DNA of 64,000 nucleotides, from assembly GCA_963810095.1 (NCBI GenBank), contig CAWEMM010000006.1, positions 1,184,001 through 1,248,000 on the forward strand, given 5' to 3'. Below are positions 10,506 to 20,922 of this stretch, piece after piece. The notes under the pieces were generated by a model. The model saw nothing but the letters and a program-made list of their open reading frames with translations, had not been told where the DNA came from and made no database searches. Position 1 is the first letter of the stretch. Every line of letters starts with the position of its first letter. Made by a program: the position numbers and the translations under genes. This DNA is from an uncultured Chloroflexia bacterium. GTDB taxonomy: Bacteria > Chloroflexota > Anaerolineae > CG2-30-64-16.

Positions 10506-10811
10506 ATGAAGAAAATGGTGATGATTGGGATCGTGGTCGTGGTGGTCCTCGCCATGGCCGTTCCGGCTGCATTTGCACAAGCGCCGCTGCCGCCCAACAA
10601 CACGACCGTGAAAGTCAACGGCTGGCACAACAGCGGGACCGTCATGATCCAGGGCTGGGGCAACAACACCAGCCTCTACTACGGGCGGTACAGCAAGTGG
10701 AACTCGGCCGTCATCGGCGTGAACGGCTGCGGAAACAACACGAGCGTAAAGTTCGGGAAGAAATCGGGGGGCAACCGCGTCGTCGTGGGCGTGATGAGCC
10801 CCTGCCCGTGA
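10506..10811 (+). CDS. Small secreted Asn/Gly-rich repeat protein (curlin-like beta-solenoid candidate)
   Basis: AGGAGAAGG RBS; Sec signal ending AFA; five 11-13 aa repeats ending in Asn. Confidence 0.65.
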   Translation: MKKMVMIGIVVVVVLAMAVPAAFAQAPLPPNNTTVKVNGWHNSGTVMIQGWGNNTSLYYGRYSKWNSAVIGVNGCGNNTSVKFGKKSGGNRVVVGVMSPCP

Positions 10812-11004
10812 TCTGTAAATCGCGCGCCTTCCGGGCTCGGCTACCCGAGTTTGCGAAATGACAGGCATCCTGTCCCTGAGTCACCTGACATCGGCCCCGT
10901 AGCCTTCATCGCACCCTTGCCGATGCGCCCATGGCCTGCGGCGGCGCGCTAATGCCGGCCCCGAGCCTCTTCCCGGCCAGCCCGCGAAGAAGCCCGGGGT
11001 CGCT

Positions 11005-11076
11005 TCATTCCTCGCTTGCACCACCCATCCCCCCTTGCACTACTCATTCCCCGCTTGCACACCCCGGTGCTATAAT
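11005..11076 (+). promoter_or_regulatory. gatC promoter region: three direct repeats plus extended -10
   Basis: CATTCC.CGCTTGCAC-like repeats with TTGCAC at 11016, 11035 and 11055; TGcTATAAT at 11068-11076. Confidence 0.5.
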
Positions 11077-11125
11077 GAACCCCGTTTCAGGCCACAACGA
11101 ACCGCGCCGGGATGGAGCTTATCGC

Positions 11126-11434
11126 ATGCCACTTTCGCTAACCGAAGTCGAGCACGTCGCGGAGCTGGCGCGCTTGAGCCTCACCGATGAGGAGAAGGCC
11201 CTCTTCCGCGAGCAGCTCTCGGCAATCCTGGATCACGCGGCTGTCCTGCAGGGGGTCGACACGTCGGCCATTGCACCGACGGCCACCGTCCTGCCGCTGC
11301 GCAACGTCATGCGCGAGGACGAGGCCCGCCCGTCGCTGCCCCAGGAAGACGTGCTCGCCAATGCGCCGGACGCCCGCGACGGGTTCTTCGCCGTTCGGGC
11401 GATCCTGCGGGCAAGCGGCCGGAAGACGCCATGA
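11126..11434 (+). CDS. gatC: Asp/Glu-tRNA amidotransferase subunit C
   Basis: [11 protein letters not shown]...NVMREDE...LANAP; overlaps the gatA start. Confidence 0.92.
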   Translation: MPLSLTEVEHVAELARLSLTDEEKALFREQLSAILDHAAVLQGVDTSAIAPTATVLPLRNVMREDEARPSLPQEDVLANAPDARDGFFAVRAILRASGRKTP

Positions 11435-12951
11435 ATCTCACTTCCCTTTCCCTTCACGAAGCCGCGCGGCTTCTGCGCTCCGCCGAGATCGGCGCGGTCG
11501 AACTGACCGAAAGCGTGCTGGAGCGCATCTATGCCCTGGATAATACGGTCAAGGCGTACCTCGCGCTCACGCCCGAGGCCGCCCTGGACGCGGCGCGGGC
11601 TGCCGATATACAGTTTTCAGCCGCCCGCCGGGACGGGACGGCGGCATCGCTCGCGCCCCTCCTGGGCATCCCCGTTGCCGTCAAGGATGTCATCACCGTC
11701 GAGGGCGTGCCCCTGACATGCGGCTCGCGCATCCTCGAAGGCTACATCCCGCCCTACCAGGCCACGGCCGTCGACCGGCTTGCGGCTGCGGGCGCGGTCA
11801 TCCTGGGCAAGACCAATACCGACGAATTTGCGATGGGGTCGAGCACCGAGAACTCGGCGTACTTCACCACCCGCAACCCTTGGGACCTGACCCGCGTGCC
11901 CGGCGGCTCGAGCGGGGGCAGCGCGGCCGCGGTCGCCTCCGACCTGTGCATCGCCGCGCTCGGCTCTGACACGGGCGGGAGCGTACGCCAGCCGGCCAGC
12001 CTCTGCGGCATCGTCGGGCTAAAGCCCACCTACGGCCGGGTGAGCCGCTACGGGCTCGTGGCCTACGCCTCCTCTCTGGACCAGATTGGGCCTTTGGCCA
12101 AAAACGTCACGGATGCGGCCCTGCTGCTCGGTACGATCGCGGGACACGATCCCCTGGACAGCACAAGCGTCGACCGGCCCGTGCCAGACTACGCCGCGGC
12201 GTGTGCCGCACTCGGGCGCATTCAGCCGCAGGATGGGCGCCCGCTGGCGGGGCTCCGGGTGGGCGTCCCGAAGGAGTACTTTGTCGCCGGGATCGAGGCG
12301 GCGGTGGAGGCGGCGGTCCGTGCGGCCATCGGCCGGCTGGCAGAGCTGGGGGCCAGCGTCCGCGAGATCAGCCTGCCGCACACCGACCTCGCGCTGCCGG
12401 TCTACTATCTCGTCGCGCCTGCAGAGGCGTCTGCCAACCTCGCGCGCTTCGATGGCATCCGCTACGGTCTGTCAGTCGAGGCGGAATCCCTGTGGGACAC
12501 CTACCTGCGCACGCGCGGGCAAGGGTTCGGCCCCGAGGTCAAGCGCCGGATCATGCTCGGCGCCTATGCCTTGAGCGCCGGCTACTACGATGCCTACTAT
12601 CTCAAGGCGCAGCAGGTGCGTACGCTGATCAAGGCAGACTTCGACGCGGCGCTGCAAGAGGTGGACGTCATTGCCTGCCCGACGAGCCCGACCACGGCGT
12701 TCCCCATCGGCGAGCGCGCGGCCGACCCGCTCAGCATGTACCTGGCCGACGTCTTCACGCTCTCGCTCAACCTGGCGGGCATTTGCGGCCTCTCGCTGCC
12801 GTGCGGGTTCGATCCAACGGGCTTGCCAATCGGTCTGCAGCTGATCGCCGGGCCGTTCGAAGAGGAGCGGCTCCTGTCGACCGCGTATGCCTACGAGCAG
12901 ACAACGGAATGGCATTTACGAAAGCCGGCACTGATAGCAGAGGATGAGTGA
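11431..12951 (+). CDS. gatA: Asp/Glu-tRNA amidotransferase subunit A
   Basis: [50 protein letters not shown]. Confidence 0.97.
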   Translation: MNLTSLSLHEAARLLRSAEIGAVELTESVLERIYALDNTVKAYLALTPEAALDAARAADIQFSAARRDGTAASLAPLLGIPVAVKDVITVEGVPLTCGSRILEGYIPPYQATAVDRLAAAGAVILGKTNTDEFAMGSSTENSAYFTTRNPWDLTRVPGGSSGGSAAAVASDLCIAALGSDTGGSVRQPASLCGIVGLKPTYGRVSRYGLVAYASSLDQIGPLAKNVTDAALLLGTIAGHDPLDSTSVDRPVPDYAAACAALGRIQPQDGRPLAGLRVGVPKEYFVAGIEAAVEAAVRAAIGRLAELGASVREISLPHTDLALPVYYLVAPAEASANLARFDGIRYGLSVEAESLWDTYLRTRGQGFGPEVKRRIMLGAYALSAGYYDAYYLKAQQVRTLIKADFDAALQEVDVIACPTSPTTAFPIGERAADPLSMYLADVFTLSLNLAGICGLSLPCGFDPTGLPIGLQLIAGPFEEERLLSTAYAYEQTTEWHLRKPALIAEDE

Positions 12952-14369
12952 TGCAGGGTGATTTTCGACCGTTTGCCGAACGCATGACAGCAGAGGGGCT
13001 GCCAAGTGTCGTCATTCGGACCTTTGAACACTACTACCAACAACTGGCCGAGGGGCACACCGGCCTGCTCCCGGAGAGCCAGATCCGCCCCATCGAGTCG
13101 CTGCCCGACCTGGAGCATCTCCCTGCCGCACTGATCGCCGCGGGGCACGCGGCCTTGGATAAGGCCGTGATGATCAAGCTGAACGGCGGGCTCGGCACAG
13201 GCATGGGGCTCGAAAAGGCCAAGTCGCTGCTGACCGTGCGCACCCTGCCCCAAGGCGAGACGCTGACTTTCCTCGACATCATCGCCCGGCAGGCGCTGCA
13301 CGCATCGGTGCCCTTGGTGCTGATGAACAGCTTCGCCACCCGGGAGGACTCGCTCCAGGCCGTCGCGAAGTATCCTCGGCTCCGAGGGAGCATTCCGCTC
13401 GACTTCCTGCAGCATAAGGTGCCCAAGGTGCTGCAGGACGGTCTGCGCCCGGCTGACTGGCCGCAGGACCGCGGGCTGGAATGGTGCCCGCCCGGACATG
13501 GGGACATCTACACGGCCTTGATTACCAGCGGTATGCTCGACGCGCTGCTGGCGTACGGGTACGAGGTCGCGTTCGTATCGAACGCCGACAACCTGGGCGC
13601 AGTGCTGGGCAGCCCCGACGGGCTGCGCGTGCTGGGCTACTGCGTCACAAACCGGCTGCCCTTCCTGATGGAGGTGGCCGACCGCACCGGGGCCGACCGC
13701 AAGGGCGGCCACCTGGCGCAGCGGCTCAGCGACGGGCGCCTGGTGCTGCGCGAGTCGGCCCAATGCCCCGATGCGGACATGGACGCGTTCCAGGACATCG
13801 GGCGCCATCGCTACTTCAACACCAACAACCTCTGGGTCCACCTGCCCAGCCTGCGAGAGTGCCTGGCCGAGTTGGACGGCGTCATGGGGCTGCCGATGAT
13901 CCGCAACAGCAAGACGCTGGACCCGCGCGATCCGTCGTCGCCCAAAGTGTACCAGTTGGAGACGGCGATGGGTGCGGCCATTTCGTCGTTCGAGGGCGCC
14001 GGCGCCCTGCGCGTCCCGCGCACCCGCTTCGCGCCCGTAAAGACGTGCGACGACCTGCTCGGCGTGCGCTCTGACGCGTACGTCCTCACGGAGGATTGGC
14101 GCGTCGTCTTGAACCCACAGCGAGGCGAGGACGTGCCCGTCATCAGCCTGGACCCGAAGTACTACAAGCTGATCGACCAGATGGAGTCGCGCTTCCCCGA
14201 CGGCCCGCCGTCGCTCGTCGAATGCGAGAGCCTGACGGTCAAAGGCGACGTCCGCTTCGGGCGGGGGGTGGCGTGCCGGGGGACCGTCGAAGTGGTCAAC
14301 GAGGGGCCTGGGCAGCCGGCGGTAGAAAACAGGGTGTTGAGCGGCCCCATCGCATTAACGGGTGACTGA
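12948..14369 (+). CDS. UTP--glucose-1-phosphate uridylyltransferase, eukaryote-type (UDPGP family)
   Basis: KLNGGLGTGMG..KAKS, LMNSF, WCPPGHGD, SNADNLG, FNTNNLW, QLETAMG, RFAPVK. Confidence 0.9.
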   Translation: MMQGDFRPFAERMTAEGLPSVVIRTFEHYYQQLAEGHTGLLPESQIRPIESLPDLEHLPAALIAAGHAALDKAVMIKLNGGLGTGMGLEKAKSLLTVRTLPQGETLTFLDIIARQALHASVPLVLMNSFATREDSLQAVAKYPRLRGSIPLDFLQHKVPKVLQDGLRPADWPQDRGLEWCPPGHGDIYTALITSGMLDALLAYGYEVAFVSNADNLGAVLGSPDGLRVLGYCVTNRLPFLMEVADRTGADRKGGHLAQRLSDGRLVLRESAQCPDADMDAFQDIGRHRYFNTNNLWVHLPSLRECLAELDGVMGLPMIRNSKTLDPRDPSSPKVYQLETAMGAAISSFEGAGALRVPRTRFAPVKTCDDLLGVRSDAYVLTEDWRVVLNPQRGEDVPVISLDPKYYKLIDQMESRFPDGPPSLVECESLTVKGDVRFGRGVACRGTVEVVNEGPGQPAVENRVLSGPIALTGD

Positions 14370-14465
14370 ATGGCCCACTGATCGGACTGATGCAACTGAT
14401 TGGCCCGATCGTTCCTGGATCAGAGATCATCCAGATCAGTTCCATCAGTCAAATCAGCGTCCCAT
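14369..14465. repeat. ~97-bp MITE-like element, family B, copy 1
   Basis: AATGGCCCACTGAT...ATCAGCGTCCCAT ends with internal ACTGAT/ATCAG sub-repeats. Confidence 0.7.
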
Positions 14466-14495
14466 GTCTGATCACAAGAAGGAGATAACTGTCCC

Positions 14496-15662
14496 ATGCC
14501 CGAACGCATCTCCGCCCGGGTGGCGGCCGTGCCGCCCTCCGGCATCCGCAAGTTCTTCGACATTGCTGCAACGATGCAGAACGTCATCTCGCTCGGCATC
14601 GGCGAACCCGATTTCGTGACCCCCGACGTCATCCGCCAGGCCGGCATGGACTCGCTCACCCGCGGCGAGACACGCTACACCTCCAACTCCGGCATCTTGG
14701 AGCTGCGCAAGGCGATCGTGGCAAAGTGGGCCCAGTTGTACGGCGTCGAGTACGACCCGGAAGCGGAAACGCTCATTACTGTGGGCGGGTCCGAGGCCCT
14801 GTACCTGGTGCTGACCGCCATCCTCAACCCCGGCGACGAAGTGCTGATCCCCGAGCCCTGCTTCGTGTCGTATGAGGCCGAGGTTATCTTTGCCGGCGGC
14901 ACGCCCGTCCCGATCGCGACGCAGGTCGAGACGCTGTTCCAGGTCACCGGCGCCCAGCTCGAGGCCGCAATCACGCCCAGAACCAAGGCCGTCCTGATCA
15001 ACTACCCGAACAACCCGACCGGTGCGATCCTCACGGCCGAATACATGGCCGAGATCGCGGCCGTCGCGGCACAGCACGACCTGCTCGTCATCTCGGACGA
15101 AATCTACGACCGGCTCGTCTATGCCGGGAAACACATCACGTTCAGCAGCCTGCCGGGCATGCGCGACCGCACCGTGATCATTGGCGGTTTCTCGAAGGAC
15201 TACGCGATGACAGGCTGGCGCCTGGGCTTCGCACTCGGGCCGGCCGACATCCTCTCTGTCATGCGCAAGATTCACCAGTACACGATCATGTCCGCGTCCA
15301 CCACCGCGCAGATGGCGGCGATTACGGCCGTGAGCGACCCACGGGCGGAAGAGGCGGTGCTCGCCATGCGCGAGAGCTACAACACCCGCCGCCAACTTCT
15401 GGTCGGCGGGCTGGCCAGCATCGGCCTGCCCGCATTCGAGCCCCGGGGCGCGTTCTACGCCTTCCCCGACATCCGCATCAGCGGGATGACGTCGGATGAG
15501 TTCTGCATGACCCTGCTGGACGAGGAAGCGGTGGCCTGTGTACCCGGCCCGGCCTTCGGCCTGGGCGGCGAAGGGTACGTCCGCATGTGCTACGCCACGG
15601 CCAAGGACAAGATCGAAGAGGCGCTGGAGCGCATGCACCGCTTCGTCGTGCGGCACGGATAG
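14496..15662 (+). CDS. PLP-dependent class I/II aminotransferase
   Basis: LGIGEPDF, NYPNNPTG, SDEIY, GFSKDYAMTGWRLG. Confidence 0.92.
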   Translation: MPERISARVAAVPPSGIRKFFDIAATMQNVISLGIGEPDFVTPDVIRQAGMDSLTRGETRYTSNSGILELRKAIVAKWAQLYGVEYDPEAETLITVGGSEALYLVLTAILNPGDEVLIPEPCFVSYEAEVIFAGGTPVPIATQVETLFQVTGAQLEAAITPRTKAVLINYPNNPTGAILTAEYMAEIAAVAAQHDLLVISDEIYDRLVYAGKHITFSSLPGMRDRTVIIGGFSKDYAMTGWRLGFALGPADILSVMRKIHQYTIMSASTTAQMAAITAVSDPRAEEAVLAMRESYNTRRQLLVGGLASIGLPAFEPRGAFYAFPDIRISGMTSDEFCMTLLDEEAVACVPGPAFGLGGEGYVRMCYATAKDKIEEALERMHRFVVRHG

Positions 15663-15675
15663 ACCACGCTACAAT

Positions 15676-15771
15676 AATGGGACGCAGATCTGACTGATCG
15701 AACGCTTCACCTGATCCTTCGGCAAGGCAAATCAGGTAAATCAGTCCAATCCGTCGAATCTGTGTCCCATT
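15676..15771. repeat. ~96-bp MITE-like element, family B, copy 2
   Basis: AATGGGACGCAGAT...ATCTGTGTCCCATT terminal inverted repeats, between convergent genes. Confidence 0.75.
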
Positions 15772-15780
15772 CCTGCGTCC

Positions 15781-16818
15781 CTACAGCGCCAACTCCGCAC
15801 GCAGCCGGGCGATTTCCCCCTCGAACTCCCCGTACAGCCGCGCCTTCTCAGCCTCGGGCAGCGTGCTTGCGCGCACTCCATTCAGGCTGACCTGCGCCAG
15901 TTCGTCCGCCGTGAACCCAAAGTGATCCACCAGGATCTCGTACTCGTGGTTCAGGTCCGTCCCGAACAACGGCGGGTCGTCCGAGTTAACCGTGACCAGC
16001 AGCCCTTCGTCCCACAGCCGGCGCAGCGGGTGCGACGGGTAGTCCGGGTAGACATTCAGGCGCACGTTGCTGGTGGGGCAAAGGTCGACGCCAATACCCT
16101 GCTCGCGCAGATAGGCCACCAGTGAAGGGTCTTCGATCACGCGTACGCCGTGCTGCAGTCGCCGCGGCTTCAGATAGTGAATCACCTCCCACATCTTGTC
16201 CGGGCCGGAAAGCTCGCCGGTGTGGGGAATCCCCGGCAGGCCGGCTGCGGCCGCCCGTTCGAAGCTAGGTTGGAAGGTCGCGGCGCTGTCCATCCGTTCG
16301 TCGCCGGCCAGGCCCAACGCCACCACGCCCCGGTCGCGCGCCGCCAGCGCCATGTCGACCACGTCCATCTGCAGGTCGGGCAAGTCGCGCACGATGTCGA
16401 AGATCCAGCCCCAGCGCACCCCAAACTCCGCTTCCGCCGCCGCCCGCCCCTGGTTCAGCCCATCCAGGATTACCTCCCAGGGCAGGCCCGCGTATTTGAC
16501 GTTTGAGATCATGGTGAACGTGACTTCGGCGTAGCGGATGTTCTGGCGGGCACACTCCCTGCCGAACTCGTAGGCGACAAGCCGGTAGTCCTCGGGGGTG
16601 CGGAGGCACTTCAGGATGGTGATATACAGGTTCAGAAAATGCGTAAAATCGGTGAACCGGTAGTAGGCGCGCAGCCCCGCCTCGTCATCCGCGGGCAGCG
16701 CCTGGCCGTTCTGACGGGCCAGCTGCAGCAGGGTGGCCGGCTGGATGGAGCCTTCGAGGTGAACGTGCATCTCGGCCTTCGGCAGGCGCCGGGCAAACTC
16801 GTGTAACGGTGTCGACAT
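15781..16818 (-). CDS. add: Adenosine deaminase
   Basis: PKAEMHVHLEGS, HTGE, HGV, LCPTSN, NSDDP. Confidence 0.9.
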   Translation of the reverse strand: MSTPLHEFARRLPKAEMHVHLEGSIQPATLLQLARQNGQALPADDEAGLRAYYRFTDFTHFLNLYITILKCLRTPEDYRLVAYEFGRECARQNIRYAEVTFTMISNVKYAGLPWEVILDGLNQGRAAAEAEFGVRWGWIFDIVRDLPDLQMDVVDMALAARDRGVVALGLAGDERMDSAATFQPSFERAAAAGLPGIPHTGELSGPDKMWEVIHYLKPRRLQHGVRVIEDPSLVAYLREQGIGVDLCPTSNVRLNVYPDYPSHPLRRLWDEGLLVTVNSDDPPLFGTDLNHEYEILVDHFGFTADELAQVSLNGVRASTLPEAEKARLYGEFEGEIARLRAELAL

Positions 16819-16988
16819 ACTCTCTCCGTCTCGGTGCGGCTTCATGATCGTTCCGACAGCAACTTTAGCACAAAGACGCGCCGGCCGTGGAATTGCTGCG
16901 CCACTGCGGAGACATTGCGCCCGAGCCGGGACGGGCAGATTGCGCTTCCATGCGGCCCCGTGATATCCTCCGGGGAACGGAGATTGCC

Positions 16989-18500
16989 ATGACGTCCTAC
17001 GAAACTGTTATCGGCCTGGAAGTCCACGCCCAGGTCCTCACCGCCTCCAAAATGTTCTGCGGCTGTGCGACGGATTATGCGGCCGCGGCCCCGAACACCC
17101 ACGTCTGCCCGGTGTGCATGGCCCTCCCCGGCGCACTGCCGGTCATCAACAAGAACGCGGTCGAGAAGACGATCATGGCCGGCCTGGCGCTCAAGTGCAC
17201 GATCGCCGAGCACGCGGTCTTTGCCCGCAAGAACTACCATTACGCCGACCTGCCCAAAGGGTACCAGATCAGCCAGTACGAGTTGCCCTTCTGCCGCGAC
17301 GGCTGGCTCGAGATAACGACCGAGGCCGGGATTCGGCGCATCGGAATTACACGCGCCCACCTCGAAGAAGACACCGGCAAGCTCGTGCACGCCGCGCTCG
17401 GGGGGCGGCTGACGGAGGGCGGCGGAGAGGGCGTCACGACCCTGGTCGACCTCAACCGGGCCGGCGTGCCGCTGCTGGAAATCGTCACGGAGCCGGACCT
17501 GCGCTCGCCCGACGAGGCCTACGCCTACCTCACCAGCCTTCAGCGCATCCTGCGCTACCTCGGCGTCAGCACCGCGGACATGGAAAAGGGCGCGATGCGC
17601 TGCGAGGCCAATGTCAGCGTGCGGCCCGTTGGGCAAACGGCGTTCGGGACAAAGGTGGAGGTCAAGAACCTTAACAGCTTCCGCTCGGTGAAGCTCGCAC
17701 TCGAATACGAGGTGAAGCGGCAGATCGAAGCGTTGACGCACGGCGAGTCCGTGGTGCAGGTGACGATGGGCTGGGACGAAGAGGCGGGGCGCACGGTGCT
17801 GCAGCGCAGCAAGGAGTCGTCCGACGATTATCGTTACTTCCCCGAGCCCGACTTGCCGCCCCTGGAAGTAAGCCGGCAGTGGGTGGAGGAGCTGAGGCAG
17901 CGCATGCCCGAGCTGCCCGAGGCCAAGCGCGCCCGCTTCGTGAGCGATTTGGGGCTGGACCCCAAGGACGCCGCAGTGCTCGCCGAAAACCGCACGGTCG
18001 CCGAGTATTTCGAGGCCACCGTGGACGCACTCCGCGGCGCGCCTCCCGGCATTCCCGGCCCCGAAGCAGCCAAGGATGCGGCGAACTGGATTACGGGCGA
18101 GCTCTTCCGCCTGATGAAGGCCGGCGGAACCGACATGGAGGCAGTACGGGTGACGCCCGTCGCGCTGGCCGAGCTTATCGCGCTCGTGGCGGGCGCGCAG
18201 GTTAACCTCAACAGCGCCAAGCGCGTGCTGGGTGAGATGTTCGATTCGGGCCGCGGCGCCCGCGAGGTGATCGACGCGCTCGGCCTCGGCCAGGTCAGCG
18301 ACGCCGGCGCACTGGCGGCAATTGTAGCAAAAGTCATAGAAGCCAATGAGGACCAGGTCCTAAAGTACCGGTCAGGCAAAGAGAGCGTCTTTAACTGGCT
18401 GCTTGGGCAGGTCATGCGCGAGACGCGCGGCAAGGGCAACCCGGCGCTCGTGCGCGAGCTCCTGGCAGCCGCTCTCGCCGAGACCGCCACGCAGGAGTAA
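16989..18500 (+). CDS. gatB: Asp/Glu-tRNA amidotransferase subunit B
   Basis: [54 protein letters not shown]. Confidence 0.97.
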   Translation: MTSYETVIGLEVHAQVLTASKMFCGCATDYAAAAPNTHVCPVCMALPGALPVINKNAVEKTIMAGLALKCTIAEHAVFARKNYHYADLPKGYQISQYELPFCRDGWLEITTEAGIRRIGITRAHLEEDTGKLVHAALGGRLTEGGGEGVTTLVDLNRAGVPLLEIVTEPDLRSPDEAYAYLTSLQRILRYLGVSTADMEKGAMRCEANVSVRPVGQTAFGTKVEVKNLNSFRSVKLALEYEVKRQIEALTHGESVVQVTMGWDEEAGRTVLQRSKESSDDYRYFPEPDLPPLEVSRQWVEELRQRMPELPEAKRARFVSDLGLDPKDAAVLAENRTVAEYFEATVDALRGAPPGIPGPEAAKDAANWITGELFRLMKAGGTDMEAVRVTPVALAELIALVAGAQVNLNSAKRVLGEMFDSGRGAREVIDALGLGQVSDAGALAAIVAKVIEANEDQVLKYRSGKESVFNWLLGQVMRETRGKGNPALVRELLAAALAETATQE

Positions 18501-18503
18501 AGC

Positions 18504-18845
18504 ATGTCGTTTGACCGGGCCATCGAAGAGATCATCCAGGCCGCGCTGGCCCGCGGCGAGTTCGATAACTTGCCGGGGCAAGGCAAGCCCCAGGACCATT
18601 CGGACTACTTCTCCATGCCCGAAGAGGACCGTTTGTCGTATACCGTCCTCAAGAATTCGGGCTACCTCCCGCCCGAAGTGGAACTGCTCAAGGAAATCGA
18701 CGGCCTGCGCGCTCAGCTTGCGGCCGGGCCGTCCGAATCCGAGCGCCGCTACCTGGCCAAGCAGATCGACGAAAAGACCCTGGCGTTCAATTTGCTGCAG
18801 GAACAGAAGCAGGCGGCGCGGCGCCGCGCACGAAAAAGCCGGTAA
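18504..18845 (+). CDS. DUF1992 (DnaJC28-like) protein
   Basis: IQAALARGEFDNLPGQGKP...LKNSGYLPPE. Confidence 0.8.
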   Translation: MSFDRAIEEIIQAALARGEFDNLPGQGKPQDHSDYFSMPEEDRLSYTVLKNSGYLPPEVELLKEIDGLRAQLAAGPSESERRYLAKQIDEKTLAFNLLQEQKQAARRRARKSR

Positions 18846-18922
18846 GCCCGGTTGGACCCTCAGGCGTTTCGTCCCTGAGCTGCGCTCAGGCAACCCCAAA
18901 AGCCGCAACAACAGGGGTGCAT

Positions 18923-19492
18923 ATGTCCCGTCTCTCTCGCTGGCTCTACCGCATCTCCCGGGGCTGGGTCGTCCTCCTCGCGATCGTCGTCTTCTTCGTC
19001 TTCACGCCCCTCGTCCTGCCCCAGCAGGCGGCGCGGTTCGAGGCGGCCGCGGGGTCGGGCCCATCGCCCGATCAATCCTTCTTCTACTCGGCGGGCGACC
19101 TGTACCGGATGGCAGACGCATTCGGCCCGGCCGGCAGGTCCGCCTACGTGCGCGCCCGCTGGACGTTCGACGTGATCTGGCCGCTGGTCTACGCGTTCTT
19201 CCTCGCCACGACCATCAGTTGGCTGGCGAAGCGCGCTTTCCCCGAGCAGAGCCGCTGGCGCCTGTTGAACCTGGTCCCCGTGGCCGGGCTGCTGCTCGAC
19301 TACGCCGAGAACGTCTGCACATCGCTGGTGATCGGACGCTATCCCGCGCAGACACCCGTCTTTGATTTCCTGGCTACGGTTTTTACGCCGCTCAAATGGG
19401 TGTTCGTAGGGGGCAGCTTCGTGGTGCTGGTGGTGGTGGCCATCGCCGCGCTGGTGCAGTGGCGGCGCGGGGCCCGGGCAGAGGTCGCGTAG
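18923..19492 (+). CDS. Hypothetical membrane protein
   Basis: About four TM segments; D..WP..Y and DYAEN motifs. Confidence 0.65.
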   Translation: MSRLSRWLYRISRGWVVLLAIVVFFVFTPLVLPQQAARFEAAAGSGPSPDQSFFYSAGDLYRMADAFGPAGRSAYVRARWTFDVIWPLVYAFFLATTISWLAKRAFPEQSRWRLLNLVPVAGLLLDYAENVCTSLVIGRYPAQTPVFDFLATVFTPLKWVFVGGSFVVLVVVAIAALVQWRRGARAEVA

Positions 19493-19502
19493 GGCGAGCG
19501 GC

Positions 19503-19536
19503 AAACCTCCGGAGCTTATGAAACCCCGAAGGTTTT
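19503..19536. repeat. Degenerate family A palindrome core, between convergent genes
   Basis: AAACCTCCGGAG...ACCCCGAAGGTTT resembles the 4054-4086 core. Confidence 0.45.
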
Positions 19537-19543
19537 TGCCGTG

Positions 19544-20326
19544 TCAGCCCACCACCGAGGCCTGCGTCTCGATGGCGTGGTCCCAGGCGTCGAGGAGGTC
19601 GGGCAAGTCATCCAGGCTTGCAAGACGGGCGTCGGGGACAATCTCGTCGCTGGTCTCGTCGCGGAAGGGAGACTGGAGCAGGATCGCGCGCATGCCGATC
19701 TTCAGGGGGCCGGCTACGTCGACGTCCAGCTTGTCGCCGACAAACACCGCCTCGGCGGGAGCCACGTCGAAACGATCCAGCGCCTGGCGGAAGATCCGTT
19801 CGTCCGGCTTGATGTAGCCCGCCCGGCACGAATAAACGCGGACGGGCAGGTAATCCAGCAGGCCAAAACGCTGCAGGTCGGCGTCGTGCACCTCGGGCGC
19901 CCACAGGGTATTAGAGACGACGCCCAGCAAACGCCCCTGGTCCGTCAAGCGGCGCAAGACCTCGGCAGCATTCCCCTCGACAGGCGTAACCACCTGCGAG
20001 ATGACCTCGTAATACGCTTGCATCGCCTCGGGAAAGGCCTTATCGGACACCCGTACGCCCACCGCCTCCAGCCCCTCCCGGATCACCGTCTCCGCTTGGT
20101 TGCTGTAGTGGGTGCGCTTCGCCTTGGCTTCGAGCGCGGCGCCCATGCGGGCCACGGCCCGGATCGCGAGGTCAGGGTCCGCGACCCGCGTGCCGTCCTG
20201 CACTGCAACCTTCAAAAACGCGCGCAGGGCCCGGCCGTTCATTGCCTCGAACGTGTTCTCGGGCGGCTGCTCGTAGTGCAGCAGGGTGCCACCGAGATCG
20301 AATAGGACGGCTTGGATTATCGGCAT
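19544..20326 (-). CDS. HAD-superfamily hydrolase
   Basis: FDLGGTL, VVSN, KPD..IF, FVGDKLDVDVAG. Confidence 0.88.
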   Translation of the reverse strand: MPIIQAVLFDLGGTLLHYEQPPENTFEAMNGRALRAFLKVAVQDGTRVADPDLAIRAVARMGAALEAKAKRTHYSNQAETVIREGLEAVGVRVSDKAFPEAMQAYYEVISQVVTPVEGNAAEVLRRLTDQGRLLGVVSNTLWAPEVHDADLQRFGLLDYLPVRVYSCRAGYIKPDERIFRQALDRFDVAPAEAVFVGDKLDVDVAGPLKIGMRAILLQSPFRDETSDEIVPDARLASLDDLPDLLDAWDHAIETQASVVG

Positions 20327-20922
20327 CAGGAATTCTCCGTTTTCCTATCGTCAACGCTCGCGGCGGCCATCCCGCTACTGTCGGGTAAATCGAGTCCCAG
20401 AGCGTTCATGATTTTTCGCAGGTTGGTTGGCACGGTCTCGGCCGTGTCGACGACGAGGCGCGGCCCGCTCAGGCGCTCGAGCCGCTCGCGGGCCTGCTGG
20501 TACGCATCCCAATCGCGGACGCGGTGCTCGGGCAAGTCCGCACCCCGGCGCTCGATCCGCTCGCGGAGCAGCGCCTCGTCGGTCGTGATACATTCGATGA
20601 GCCGGAAACTCACCTTGACGCTGCGCACCAACTGCTCGATCGCGTCCTGAAAGCTGCGGTAGCCCGCAGGGCTGTCGACGATGACGCTCGTGCCCACGGT
20701 GAGGTTGTCGCGGGCAATCGGGATGAGCAGCGTGTACGAGAGTGCGCCGGCAAATTGCAGCGCGTTCTCGATCTTCAGCTCGCGCCCCAGCTCAAGGGCC
20801 GCGTCCTTCACCGTGTCTTTGTCCAAGTAGGCCGCGCGCAGCTCCCGCGCAACGGCCCGGGCAAGGGTGGTTTTACCCACGCCCGGCGCGCCGGCGAATA
20901 CGACGAGAAGCGGCTCAGCCAC
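20326..20922 (-). CDS. P-loop kinase (AAA_33-like)
   Basis: GAPGVGKTT Walker A; SVIVD. Confidence 0.8.
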   Translation of the reverse strand: MAEPLLVVFAGAPGVGKTTLARAVARELRAAYLDKDTVKDAALELGRELKIENALQFAGALSYTLLIPIARDNLTVGTSVIVDSPAGYRSFQDAIEQLVRSVKVSFRLIECITTDEALLRERIERRGADLPEHRVRDWDAYQQARERLERLSGPRLVVDTAETVPTNLRKIMNALGLDLPDSSGMAAASVDDRKTENS

